Of a DNA stretch of 58,062 nucleotides, positions 36,831 to 49,034 are shown piece after piece (positions within the stretch are counted from its first letter, which is position 1; every line of letters starts with the position of its first letter). This stretch comes from Vicugna vicugna (lineage: Eukaryota), in the NCBI GenBank assembly GCA_013265495.1, contig MU058384.1, forward strand, positions 64,044 to 122,105, read 5' to 3'. A program made the position numbers and the translations under genes. Under the pieces are notes generated by a model, which saw only the letters and a program-made list of their open reading frames with translations, did no database searches and was not told where the DNA came from.

Positions 36831-39800
36831 GTTCAAAGTGTTTTTATACACACTTTTCCCCTATTGTTTTAACTAAACATTGATAATATTTTAAAATAAA
36901 GATATTCATAGAATGGACACTGTGACAAATAATATGTTATTACTATTGTCCATTTGAAAGCATAACTGCATGATAAAATTTAATTCTTTACCAAGCAAGA
37001 ATGCATATTTCTATATAAGCCTGCTTATTTATATTTCTCAAATGAGAAGAACACTGGGATTTTATTTGATTTAATTTGCATAAGCTTGAATACATTTAAT
37101 TATGCATCTGTGGTTTAATTATCATCAGGAAGTTAAAGAAACTGTATTGTTGTGCAACAACAGCGTAATTGAGAAATGAGTACTAGAATACCCTGGAAAA
37201 TCTTCATTGGGCAGATTCCAGGATTTGCTCTTAAAAACGCCACAGATTGGATTAAAGAGCAACAAAAAGCAAACAAAAAACTTCAGTTGACTGCTAAATA
37301 CTCTTCTAAAACCACTACTACTTAAAGTATGGCAGAAGAATTTTCTGTGCGTTTTACCGCAGTGAATTAGTTTCAGAGTTCCTACAGTTTCTAAAAGAAA
37401 GATTTGTGAAACTTAATGCATGTGTCCAGTTTCCTGTAAACTAAATAATGTTTGATTGGGTAATTAAATCTTCTGTTCATTTATGTGGTAAGTGGAGTAC
37501 TGAAGCTGGACAGTATATGAATATACTAATAGGAAGAGACAGTGAATGTCAGCTTGTTTTTCAGTATTCTGATTACATGTTAACTTCACGCAATAATTTA
37601 TGCACTCATTGGTATTTGCTTTGCCATGTATCATTTCTTCCACCTGAACTGCCTTGTCCTCCCATTCTGTTTACCTTATCTCTTGCTGTCCCAGTGCCAA
37701 TTCACAAACTGCTACTCATCCCTCAAGTTTTGGCTCAGATGTTTGTAACACAGGTGTCAGACAAGCCTATAACCCAAATTCTGCTGCAAGATTATTGTAT
37801 TCTAGGAGATTTATATTCTCTTGCTCCTGCTGGGTTTCAGTTGCCTTTCATTGCTGGGATCTATTTCTTTCTTTTAGCCCCACACTGACCCATATTTGGA
37901 ACTCAGCTCTCTTCTTTTGATCTATGTGCACATGGGCACACACACACCCTTTTATTGTTAAGGCATCTCTTCTTCAAAAAATCTTTGCATCTTTTATGTA
38001 CCAGAGCTTCAGTCTGCTGATTCGTTGCATGACACTTTGACTTGCTCTTACTACTTGCCAGCAATTGCAAAAACATTCTCTCTATTTTGCAGTGTGATTC
38101 TAGTGACTAGCCCCAGACTTACCTGCAGCCTCCCTTCCAGCCCTGCTATTAGGTTTGCCAAGCCATGGGCTTTCTTCTCACCTTTATACATACTCCATGA
38201 CTACTTGAGAGATGATGAGACTGAAATAAAGTTCAATTCCCCAGTAAAACATGATTTCATCTCCCCTTGGTGAGCCCCCTACTCTTAAAATTTGGCAGTA
38301 ACTATAGTAGGTACAGATGTTTAAATGTTTATGTTTTCACGCTTACCAACTGTTTCCACTATGAAATCTTTTTTGAGGTTCCCCTTGGAAGTCTTAGGTG
38401 GATGTTTTTCAAACTTTATGAAACTATGGAATCTCTTCTCCACGTAAAACATTTCATAGAATTCCACTCTGCAAAGGATGAGCAGAGCTGAGTTGACTGC
38501 AGTGATTATGTTGATAGTGACACTAACATCCTTGTATTTTCATTACCCAGCAAGGAGGAAGTGTTTCATTCAGGATGCACTTCCAGCACCACAAACAGTG
38601 CCTACTATACGCTGGAGATCAGAACCCACTAGTTGAATACACACAAATGATTTTTTTAAATCACAAGTGTTCATTAAAGCCATTTGTGGAAAATAAAAAT
38701 TTAGTATGACTCTTCAGGATAAACTTTCTGGAATATATACAAATTAATATACAAAGCATCAAATTCCTGGTATTTTATTTGCATTTAGTTTTAGTCTCTC
38801 CATATACAAATTATCCTCTAGAAAAATATTGTAACATAGAAGTCTAAGAATGGTTTTAGATTCCTCTATTATAGGTAGTACCTTTATATACTATTTCAGT
38901 GATTCACTTTATAATACCAAGGCTGATGAAAGTCTTACTTGCTGGGGAATACTTTATATAGTCTGTGAACATCTGTCCAGTTCATATTTACTGAAAACAT
39001 GAATGTTTATCTGGATAGCATTTTTGAAAATGCCAGTGGAAAAAAGGTGTTTAATGAAACAATGGAATCTGGATTATTGAAATTTAAATTCAGAAGAAAA
39101 ATGCTGAAGAGATTGTACCTGTAACCATAATGGTAGACTAGATTGAACTGAACTATAAACTCTTCATATATTTAATTTCTTTTTATGAAAATAGGAAGAA
39201 AAGAATCATAGACTAAAAATAATGAGGCAAATCACTTACTCCATTTCTCTGCATCACCGGTCCCGTCTGTAGCTCTCATGGTTTCTGCAAGGGTGCCTTT
39301 CCTCGGCTAGACTTCTGACTCCACAGCTTTTTCAAGGTGAATCATGATATGTATATAAAGAAAAAGCATCATGTTCTCACATCGCAATGTGTGTAGAAAG
39401 CTTTGTGTGAATTAAAAATACACTTAAACAGTGCAATACCTATTTTTAAATCTTTTCTCATCTCTGATGCTGCCAGTTGCAAATTACAGTGCCTGTGACG
39501 TGGATAAAATACTTGATATTTAATGTTTTTTTGGAAGATTTAGGACCATCCATGTCAGAACTTAAAAGTTGGCAACACTTATGAATGACCACCTGATGCC
39601 CTTTCTAGACCCTTAAATCCCTTATTTTTCCTCTGATCTACTTTTTCCCCCATTTTACACTTTGATAATTTAGAAAAGGGGAGAAACCCTGGACCTTATG
39701 CAAGGATCAACAGTTAAAGTCTGACAAAGAAAAATCTACCTCAAGAAAAGTGACCTCTCATTCCAGGTTTTATTCTGGAAACTGGTAGGGAAAAAAAGAG

Positions 39801-41149
39801 AAGGATCTGACAATGGAAAAATACCTAGTGTACAATGATTTCCAGAAAAAAATCTGTGTATTTATCACAGAATGATATATGTTATAAAATGGGAAATTTT
39901 GAATAAATAGGAAGCAATTAAGTTAATCTAAATGCCAGCTGGCCTAAAAGCAAATATCCTTAAGTGAATATGACTAATTACATGTACATTTACAATTCAT
40001 ATTTGTCAGATGTACTTCATTTACAATATTGTAGATTGGTTTTATTTATTTTTGAAACTTTATATTCTTTTATATATTACTTTACCAACCTAAGTACTAA
40101 AATATGTAGTACTTATATAATTTATCAAGTGTATCCTTTATGATTGCTTCTTTTTAATTTTTATTATTTTATGCTTTTTTGTAGGATATCTACTCTAAGC
40201 CAGTTACTACACATGCGTTATTTTACCATTCGAATTATTTTCTTAGAAAACATTTTAAAAATTAGATTGCTAGATTATGTTATATGGAACTTTTCTATTG
40301 CTTGTTATGTTTCAAAGTTACTAATGTAAAATTGGCAGTATTTTTGTCTACTGATTGAGTCAAACAATGATAAATCTTAAAAAAAAAAAAAAGTCCTGGA
40401 GAATAATTTCTAAGTTCCCTCACCTTCTTATATAATTTAAACTTTTTAATCAAGCCTGGAAGCACAGGAGTTTCCATCACAAGGACAGCCTATCAAGACC
40501 ACAGGCATCTTTGACAAAGTATGTTTTGTAAAAACACACAATGAGACTCAGTAGATATATATAGTCCCGCAGTTCTTAATTCTCTTTGTGCAGAAGTGTT
40601 TAATTCTCCTTATAGCATGATGCTATTTTCCCTATTCCCCTACTTAACCTGTGTTCAGAAAACTTTGCAGTGAACAGTTTCTCTTATTTCTGTCTTCAAA
40701 TTTGCTTTTCCCCTTTTACGTTGTTAAAGGATAACCTGCATATTTTTCAATATAGATTCTTTTATTTCTTTTTCATTAAATATGTTGAAGATATTTGCAT
40801 ATATTATACTCAGTGGGACAAAATACATATACATTCTCTCTTCTCTGTCTCTCTCTCTCTGTCTCTTTTACATATTACCTTTCTATTTATCTGAAACTTA
40901 TTTGGCTCGAGGTACAAGGTGGAGGCTTAACTAGATTTTTCTCTCCCTCCTGTTCCTCTCATGACCAAATTACTAGCTAATTACCACAAAAACATAGTTA
41001 ATTTTTGCTTTGCTTTGCTACTAGTCTTTCCCTCAAAATCAAATGTGCTTCATTTTTGTTTTTCTGAACATAAAGTTAATATTTATCTGAACATTTAAAT
41101 AGAGAAAATCCATATATCCTCCAGATATCACTCCAGATATCACCCCCAG

Positions 41150-41740
41150 ATGTCTATTATTTGGAATTTCTACATAGATGATCTCATCTGCAAACAAAAA
41201 AGGTTTATTTCTTACTTCCCCATACGTATAACTTTTCTTTCTTTCTTTTCTGGTCTTACTGTGTTAACTAGAACTTCCAATACAGTGTTGAGAAGGAGTG
41301 GTGAGAGTGGACATCCTTGTTTTTTTATCTGATCTTAGTGGAAAAGCTTTAAGTTTCTCAGCCTTAAGGATAATGTTAGCTGTAGGTTTTTTGTAGATAT
41401 AATTTATGAAGTTGAGGAAATTTCCCTCTATTCCTAAATTACTGAGAGTTGTTATCATGAATGAGTGTTGAATTTCATCAAATGCTTTTCCAACATCATT
41501 GATATGATCGTGTGATTTTTCTTCTTTAGTGTGTTTATATGAATGGTTATATTAACTGAATACTGAATGTTGAGCTAGCCTTGAATAGCCTTGCCTCACT
41601 TATCTCAAGTGGGATAAATACCACTTGGTCATGGTGTATGATTCTTTTTACACATTGTTGGATTGGTTTGCTAATTTTTTGTTGATGATTTTATTTCTAT
41701 ATTCATTGAAGATACAGGTCTGTACTTTTCTTGTAATGTA
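41150..41740 (-). mobile_element. L1 ORF2 reverse-transcriptase fragment
   Basis: ORF 41264..41458 [43 protein letters not shown] aligns with [43 protein letters not shown] of the intact ORF2 in this window. Confidence 0.9.
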
Positions 41741-41789
41741 AGAATGCTTCATGAATGTGGTGCAGCACTGTGATGCAAAGAACGCATGC

Positions 41790-42164
41790 TATTATGGGCT
41801 AAATTGTATACAGACTCACAAATCTTAACGCCTAGTACCTTAGAAAGTGACTGTATTCGGAGATACAGTCTTTAAAGAGTTAAGTTAAAATAAAGCAATT
41901 ACTTTGAGTCCCAGTCCTGTCTGAGTTGTGTCCAGTATGAGAAGAGGACATTAGGACATAGACATGTACTGTAGGAAGATGATGTGAAGACACAGAGATA
42001 AGGTGGCCGTCTACAAACCAAGGAGATAGGCCTCACAAGAAACCAACTCTGCTGACACCTTGATCTCAGAATTCTTTCCTACAGGACTGTGATTAATTTG
42101 TTGTTTAAGCCACCAGTCTTGATATGGCGTAACTTTGTTACAGCAGCCCCAGCAAGCTAATACA
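41790..42164 (+). mobile_element. MaLR solo LTR (MLT1A/MLT1B-like)
   Basis: TATTATGGGCTAAATTGT...GTGACTGTATTCGGAGATA...GTGAAGACACAG...AAACCAACTCTGCTGACACCTTGATCTCAGA...TTGTTACAGCAGCCCCAGCAAGCTAATACA. Confidence 0.88.
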
Positions 42165-43061
42165 CGTGGCTTTAGGGTTTGCAAATAAGTAGTTTCTGCT
42201 TATGTATCTTCCCAAAGCCAAAGTAACAAGATATAAAGTGGCAGTTTTCTGATTGCTCTGAAAATCATTATGAAATTCCACAAATTAGAAATTAGGCAAA
42301 TAACATTTGCCAATAAAAAAATGCAGTGCAACTGGAAACAAATGACACACACACACACAAAAGATCTACCTGATTGGAAATAAGAACCATTTAAAAAAAA
42401 AATTCTTGAGTCAGAGGAAAAATAGCAAACCAAAACTACTGAATTTCTAAAAGAAAACTTTCATAGAAACTATGTATGTCAGTATCTTTATGAAAGAACT
42501 AGAAGAAGAAAAATAAATGCACTACATATGCAGCTCATAAAATTAGGAAAAGGTCAACAAAGAAAAGAAATAGCAGTAAAATGAAGGAAATAGTAAAAAG
42601 AAAGTGAAAATCAATGAATTAGAAATAGAAAAATGTAGCAAAGTGAATCAATCCAAAGTTGTTTTTAAAAAAATGAACAAATGAACAAAATAGACAATCC
42701 AATCACTAACAAATCAAGGGAAAGAAAAACTGTGAAAGAATAAAGACCTAAAGTAATACATGGCAAGAAGAAAATAACTCTCCAAACAGTGAAAATTTTA
42801 AAAATCATGAGACCACTTTCTAAATTCCATACCTACAAATTTGAAATGGATAATTTTCTAGGAAAAAATATAATTTCCCCAAACTGTCCCTCAGGAAAGT
42901 TTTTATACAAGAAATATAGAATATTATCAAAGAGCTCCTTCCCAGATAAGCTCTTGACCTAGATGATGTTTCAAAGGTCAGATAACAATGTTATTTAAAC
43001 TGCCTGAGCAAATGCGAACGTGGGGTGTGGGGTTGGGGAAGGAAATCTTCCAAATTCCTTT

Positions 43062-43678
43062 CATGCAGTGAGCTTTCCCAGTTGTTTCTCTGCGTGTTTT
43101 CAGCTGTTTCTGCCCCTCTGTGATCTATTCTGTAGTGCAAGGTCTGGGGCCTCACAGATCACAGTTCTCAGACACCCATGCCCAAATCATCTCCAGTTGG
43201 GTTCTACAAATGGATGCACCATTGGAAATTTTGATGGAGTGAGAAGTGGAGGAGCGATACCAACTTCCTGCTTTTTTTCATGGTGTTTCTGGCTTCATGA
43301 ACAGTAGCAGCAACTACAGTGTTCATGGTGGTGAGAGTGGCAGATACAGCTGCAAGCAGTAACAGGAGCCTGGGAATGCTGTCTCCTTATGTCCTGCTTA
43401 GGCAGGGTGTTTCCCAGCAAAAGCAGCAGTGGCCTAGACATGCATGCTAATGGATTCCATATCAGGCAGTTTGATTTCAACAAAGCTGGGGATTGTGACA
43501 CAAAGATCATGGGCTTAACATTACTTACTGGTTTGTAGCAGTGACTAATTTTTAGTGATGGTACCTTCTCTTTTGCTCCTCTGATCCTTCCAAATCATGT
43601 ATCTAATTATGCATTAAATTCCTGCTGTTTAAAATACATGGGATGGTTTCTGATTTCAAACAGATCATAACAGATGCA
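43062..43678 (+). mobile_element. ERVL LTR (LTR33-like)
   Basis: CAGTTGGGTTCTACAAATGGATGCACCATTGGAAATT; CAG-rich middle; terminal GCATTAAATTCCTGCTGTTTAAAATACATGGGATGGTTTCTG. Confidence 0.65.
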
Positions 43679-44330
43679 TAGGTAAAGCATTAATACTTAA
43701 ATCCCAGTATACTTTCACATAAAGGATAGCTGTAGACCATGGTTATTTATGCAAATACTGATGTAGATATTTGAAATAAAATAATATTAGCTATTAAAGG
43801 AAAAACACATTAAAATTAATAAATAATGACTAAGATTAATTTTAGTAATCCAGGAATGGAACAAAATTTGAAAGTCCATTATATAACTCATGTTTTAAGT
43901 AGATATATGGAGAAAAAAATCATATTTTCATGAGAAGTTCCACACAAAATTAAATCCTTTTTTTCTAGTAAAAACATTCAATGGAAGAGTAATTGATTCA
44001 ATGCTTTTCAAGTATGAATAATCCATAACTTAAATAATGGGAAGTGCTGTAGCAGTTTGTTAAATTCAGAGAAAAGAGAAGAGAGGCTCATTATTGCTGC
44101 AGTTTTTGCTATTGTGTTGAAAATAGTAAAAAGTAAAATCAGAAGGAAATGATTAGAGGCATGAGAGAAAGAAAAAAGATAAAACTGTCCCTATTTGCAG
44201 ATGATGTGATAGTTTACCTGGAAAATTACAGAGAATCAAAGAAAAGGAGAGTGGTAAAGAGAGAGAGAGAGAGAGAGACGAAATTGAGTAAGTACCAATG
44301 TAAAAGTAGTATTTTGAAATTAAAGGTCCT

Positions 44331-44721
44331 TTTGGGACTTAATTATATGTGTTAACTTGGCTTGGCCATGCTACCCAGCTATTTGGTCCAACATCATTCT
44401 AGATATTGTTGTGAAGGTATTTTTTAGATGAGGTAGAAATCGAATCAGTAGATTTTGAGTAATGTAGGTGGGCCTCATCCAATCATTTGAAGGCCTTAAT
44501 AGAAAAAAATCTGACCTCCCCTGAGGAGTAGGGAATTTTGCCAGCAGACTGCCTTCTGATTCAAGCTGCAACATTAACTCTTCTTGGGGTGTTCAGTCTT
44601 CCAGTACATCCAGCAGATTTTGGATTTGTCAGTGTCCATAATCATGTGCATCAATTCTTTAAGATCTCTCTATACATATATCCTGCTGGCTCTGTTTCTC
44701 TGAAGAACCCTGACTAACATA
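44331..44721 (+). mobile_element. ERVL solo LTR (MLT2-type)
   Basis: TTAATTATATGTGTTAACTTGGCTTGGCCATG...GGGCCTCATCCAATCATTTGAAGGCCTTAATAGAA...TCTGTTTCTCTGAAGAACCCTGACTAA; 5-bp TSD GTCCT at 44326-44330 and 44722-44726. Confidence 0.9.
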
Positions 44722-47700
44722 GTCCTCATACATAAAAATAACTTAGAAGGTAAATTTATGGAAAGACTCATTACAATCAAAAGGTAATATTCCTAGGTAA
44801 TAGTCTTATGAATATACTTATTCGTATCTTGGAGATAGGTGCAAAACCTAAATGAGGAAAACTATAAAACAGCCCTGAAGGACACAAATGGATTTAAACT
44901 AAAAGAAAGGATAAGATGATATCACAGAAATGTTAGTGTGCCTCAAGTCAGTAAAATTTAATACAGTCTCAATAAAGACACCAGTTTTGGGTTTTTTTTT
45001 TTGGTATGGAGATAAATTGATACTAAAGTTCATATGAAAAAATGAATAATCACTAGTAGTGATGAAATTTCTTTATAAAGCAATGTTGGAAGAGGGGTTA
45101 ATTAAATTAGCTATCATAATTAATAAAACCAGGATCTATTATTAAGAGAGTGTAGTATTAGCATGTGAATGGAGAAACCAATAAAATAGAGTAAAAATCT
45201 CCCCAAAGACAATGTAGATATCAAACTATTGTTTATAATAAAGACAACATCTTAAATCACTGGGGAAATGATGGACATTGTCATATATCATGTTGGGAGT
45301 TCTTGATAGCCATTTCAAAATCATATCATTGAAACTGTACACCTCAACTTATAGCAGGATAAATGTCAAATAAATCTGACAACTCTGAGAAAAGAAAGCA
45401 TATAAATAACTAGAAAAAAATGGATGAATTTCTGTATAGTCTTGGGATTGTAAAAACCCTTCTCATTGTGATTCAGAATCCAGAACCAGTGAAGGAAAAT
45501 ATTGATAGATTTGACAATATAAAATAAAATGTATTTGCATCACAAATTTAGCATAAACAAAGGCAAAAACTAAATAAGAATTAAGTATATATGCATATAT
45601 ATTTGCATATATATTGACATATTTATTACAAAACATTAGATTTTCTTGTATGTGAAGATAATTTAAAAATTGAGTGGAAAAAGATATAAAGCTCAATAAA
45701 TATTGGCCAATAGATATAAACAGACAGTTCACAGAAAAGAAATACAAATAGCCCCGAAACATGAAAATCTGTGCTCTGACTTATAATAACAAAATACAAA
45801 TTAAAACTAAAACTCAGTTATCAGATTGGCAACAATACAGGGATGACAACAGCCTATATGGGTGAAAGATATAGAGAATCTTGCTTCACACAGTTCTAGT
45901 GGGAGTGTAAAATGTTACCATCCCTATGGAAGAAATTAACAATATTTAACAAAGCTACCTGTACATTTAATTTTTCCCAGCACCCCAACCTCAGGAACCT
46001 ACCCTGAAGTTATACCTCTATAAGTGGAAAACAACACATTTGCAGGAATATTCACTATGCATGATTTGTAACAGGTAAAAATTTGAAAAAATACACATCA
46101 CCTGAAGGGAGTATATCTTTGAATAATGATGAAGACTCACGCATTGTGAAAAAGTGACTGTGATTATAAAGGTTTAAAAAAATGAGAACACTCTCCAGAG
46201 TATTGTTTTAAGTGGAGTAAAGTAGAGAAAACAAAAATATCTAGTAAGACTATGCATATATTTGCTTAGTTGGAAAAACAACACTGGAATGATAAATCCA
46301 AGTCTAATAAAATTGAGTAAGATATAGGGAGCAGTGTAAAACCAGCTGGAAGGATTACAGGAAGAAGCAAGTTTCCTTTGAGTGTTTGTTGTAGATATGT
46401 TAAACAGACCCTCCTCTCCTTGACTGTGGCTAGCTCACCTCTCCCTGATAAAGAATAGTGTTTTTCTCTGCTCTGTTCTTGCTGAGGACTCTTGGCAACG
46501 TGGACTTCCTCAGAATCTATTCCCACCAATCCTCGTGGCCATTAGACCAGTAACAAAGTTTTAAGTCTCAGCATAATCAAGCCAGGGAAGTGCTACGTTG
46601 GCTTTTTGTTGTTGTTGTTAAACTAAAAATGCTCTTGTTCCTCTTGTACTTGAACCCTCACCCACCAGATGAAAGGTCGATTTAAGGTGTCAGTAGGAGA
46701 TGATTTGAAAAGAAATGGAGCTGTAACTCCTAGGATGAGACACTTACTGTTTCATAGCCACAAAGTGAGAGGAACAATCCCAGTGCCTGGAGAGGAAACA
46801 TCTTAGATTCTGAGGTTCAGGAAGAGGGAAATAATGCTCTTTGTCCTCTAAATCCCAAAACACAGCTTGGTGAGAGAGTCATTTAGCAGCAGTTGTGATT
46901 GGTAGCTGCTGGGTTTGTCATCTCCATTCATGTGCTGTGGAAACAGAGAAAAGTCATGGAGACATGACCAATAATGGAACACCCCAAGGTATTAGATGCT
47001 ATCGGTGGTAGCTTCTGAATATGAAATATCCCCCCAACACCATACGTGTGCAGACACTCTGGCCAGCACAGTTTTGTTTCAGTTCACTGGATACAAATGC
47101 ATATGCTTTTTCTGATACCTGAGTGGCTTTGGGTTGTGCCATGATGGCAAGAGAGCCTGCAACCATTTGGTGACATGGCCCACGTAGCTTAAGCAAATTA
47201 ATATAATTGTAACCCAAGTCAAGTTTAAAAGTAAATCCTGAACCGAAATGACCTTTGCTCCTTCAGGATATGTTTGTAGGTGGAGAAGATTGAGCCATGG
47301 GAATATCTTTCCATTAGAGTTGGGTTTGCTTTTTGGCCCATCTATGGTTACCTAAGATTATAGGCAGTAACACCAAAGGTCAGAAAGTCCATTGTCACTG
47401 TGAATTGATGTAGATAAAGGACTTGCCTTAGATTACATCTTAGCTGTTTGAAATAAGACCTACTGGTCCCTTCTAGGACTTAATCACAGTTGGCTGAGTC
47501 TGTGACTGTAGGAAGTCTAGTTTAAGTTACTAATGAAGAATGGCTTTCGTCTGACATCTGGATTCTGGTTAATGGCAGCCTTGAATAGATACTTGGTAAA
47601 AATTGAATCAGTTTGGTTCTAGCTTCTGCCAGTAAGATTAATCAGAGTGGCTGACTGAGTGCCACATCCTCACTCATGTGGAAATTTGAGTTCAATCAAA

Positions 47701-47724
47701 AACATGTAGAAACAAGGAATGGAT

Positions 47725-48116
47725 TGTTGGGAGATGCAGCCCACCAGGGACCCTGCGCATCCCTGCATATTCTTGCCTGTGTGCCAAGAATGCAGGGCTC
47801 TGATTGCTCTGTTATTTGGGCATTTTCTCAGGGTTTACAGCAAGCAACCTTGAGAGATGAGGTAATATCTCTCTTGGGACAAAGAGCAGTCTTGCACAGT
47901 ATTCATCTGGATCATATCATGTTGCTCCTGTGGGTCTTGGGAACAAGGGAAATTGACACAAATATAGTGATGCTCATGCTTTTGGTTGTGCAGTGTTTAT
48001 TATAAAATCTTCTGTTTCCGACTCAGAAGTGCCAGGTCTTCTGCCAGCACCCATGAAAGAACAATAGGGTAACTAAGTGGCTTGTAAGTGAGAGGAAGTC
48101 AATCCCAGATCTGACA
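47725..48116 (+). mobile_element. Old ERV1 LTR (MER90/MER110-like); 46400-47724 is probably its internal remnant
   Basis: TGTTGGGAGA...CTGACA ends; purine-rich AAGGAATGGA just upstream; TCTTCTGCCAGCACCCATGAAAG...GCTTGTAAGT 3' motif. Confidence 0.6.
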
Positions 48117-49034
48117 ATAATTTTGACCTTTTAGATGATAAATTTGTTCCTCTGTTTTTTTATGATTACTGATAATAAACTTTTCCCTCTTATCTTACTT
48201 TATGTATTTTATTCATTCCAGTTTTTGAATACTTCTTTAAAAACTTTCCCATTTCTATGTTTTCATGAAATGCTTTTGTCAGCCTCTTGTCCCACTGATT
48301 TGGAAATTTTCTGTTCTATTTTAATTCTGTAGTAATTTTGTATAACTTTTTTCATAGTTTCCCATGGTAATTCCCCATGTAATTTCAAGCCCAGCCTCTC
48401 ATGAGAGTAGTTCTTTGGCTCTCTCATGAGAGAGATCCTTTGTAGTAAGTGTACTTCTGTCATTATTTTTTCCCCACCTTCAACTGACCTACAAAAAAAA
48501 AAAAAAAAAACCTTCCCCAATGACTTCCTTTTCTAACTGATTAGCTTTTTCCAGCCCACCCTTTCAATGAGGATATAGTCTTTATAGATTTCTGACTTTA
48601 TGATAGTCATATATTTAGCTTTTCATTTTTCATGGTCCTAATCTGATTCTTACTCCCCTATGTCTGATTGTTTAACAACTAAACCCTGGGGTCCTATTCT
48701 TAGCATTCATTCCCAGAACAGTTATGGATTCATGTTTACTTGCCATTTATATTCAGAGAGCTCTTTGTCCTTTGGCCTTCAGGAAGTTCCCCTGCTTTTT
48801 ATGTGGGCTCAACAATGTATGAAAAAGTCATAATTTTTGTAGACCTTGTGTTTTTTCATGAAGAAAGCATTTGAAAATATTGAAGTCACCATATTGTTTT
48901 TGCTAATATTTCTATTGTAATAGCTACTAACTCAAAAGTTACTTCATCTATAAAATTCTTTCATTAATATATTCATATCCTTTGACAAGTGTCATTCTTC
49001 CATTTCACAAAGATTGATTTTCAAAGCCTGATCA

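Larger units (their letters stand above)
42400..46400 (+). mobile_element. Ancient L1 (L1ME-like) ORF2 and 3'UTR, interrupted by LTR insertions
   Basis: KKIKLSLFADDVIVYLEN (RT catalytic motif) in ORF 44149..44355; collinear ORF2 remnants either side of the LTRs. Confidence 0.8.

Noticed and set aside
35488..38491. ORFs of 156 aa, 146 aa and neighbours
   Set aside because: No domain similarity or convincing splice structure; partly overlap L2-like remnants
41118..41152. Three copies of a 12-13 bp unit (CCAGATATCAC)
   Set aside because: Ordinary slippage repeat at an L1 junction; no spacers, not CRISPR-like
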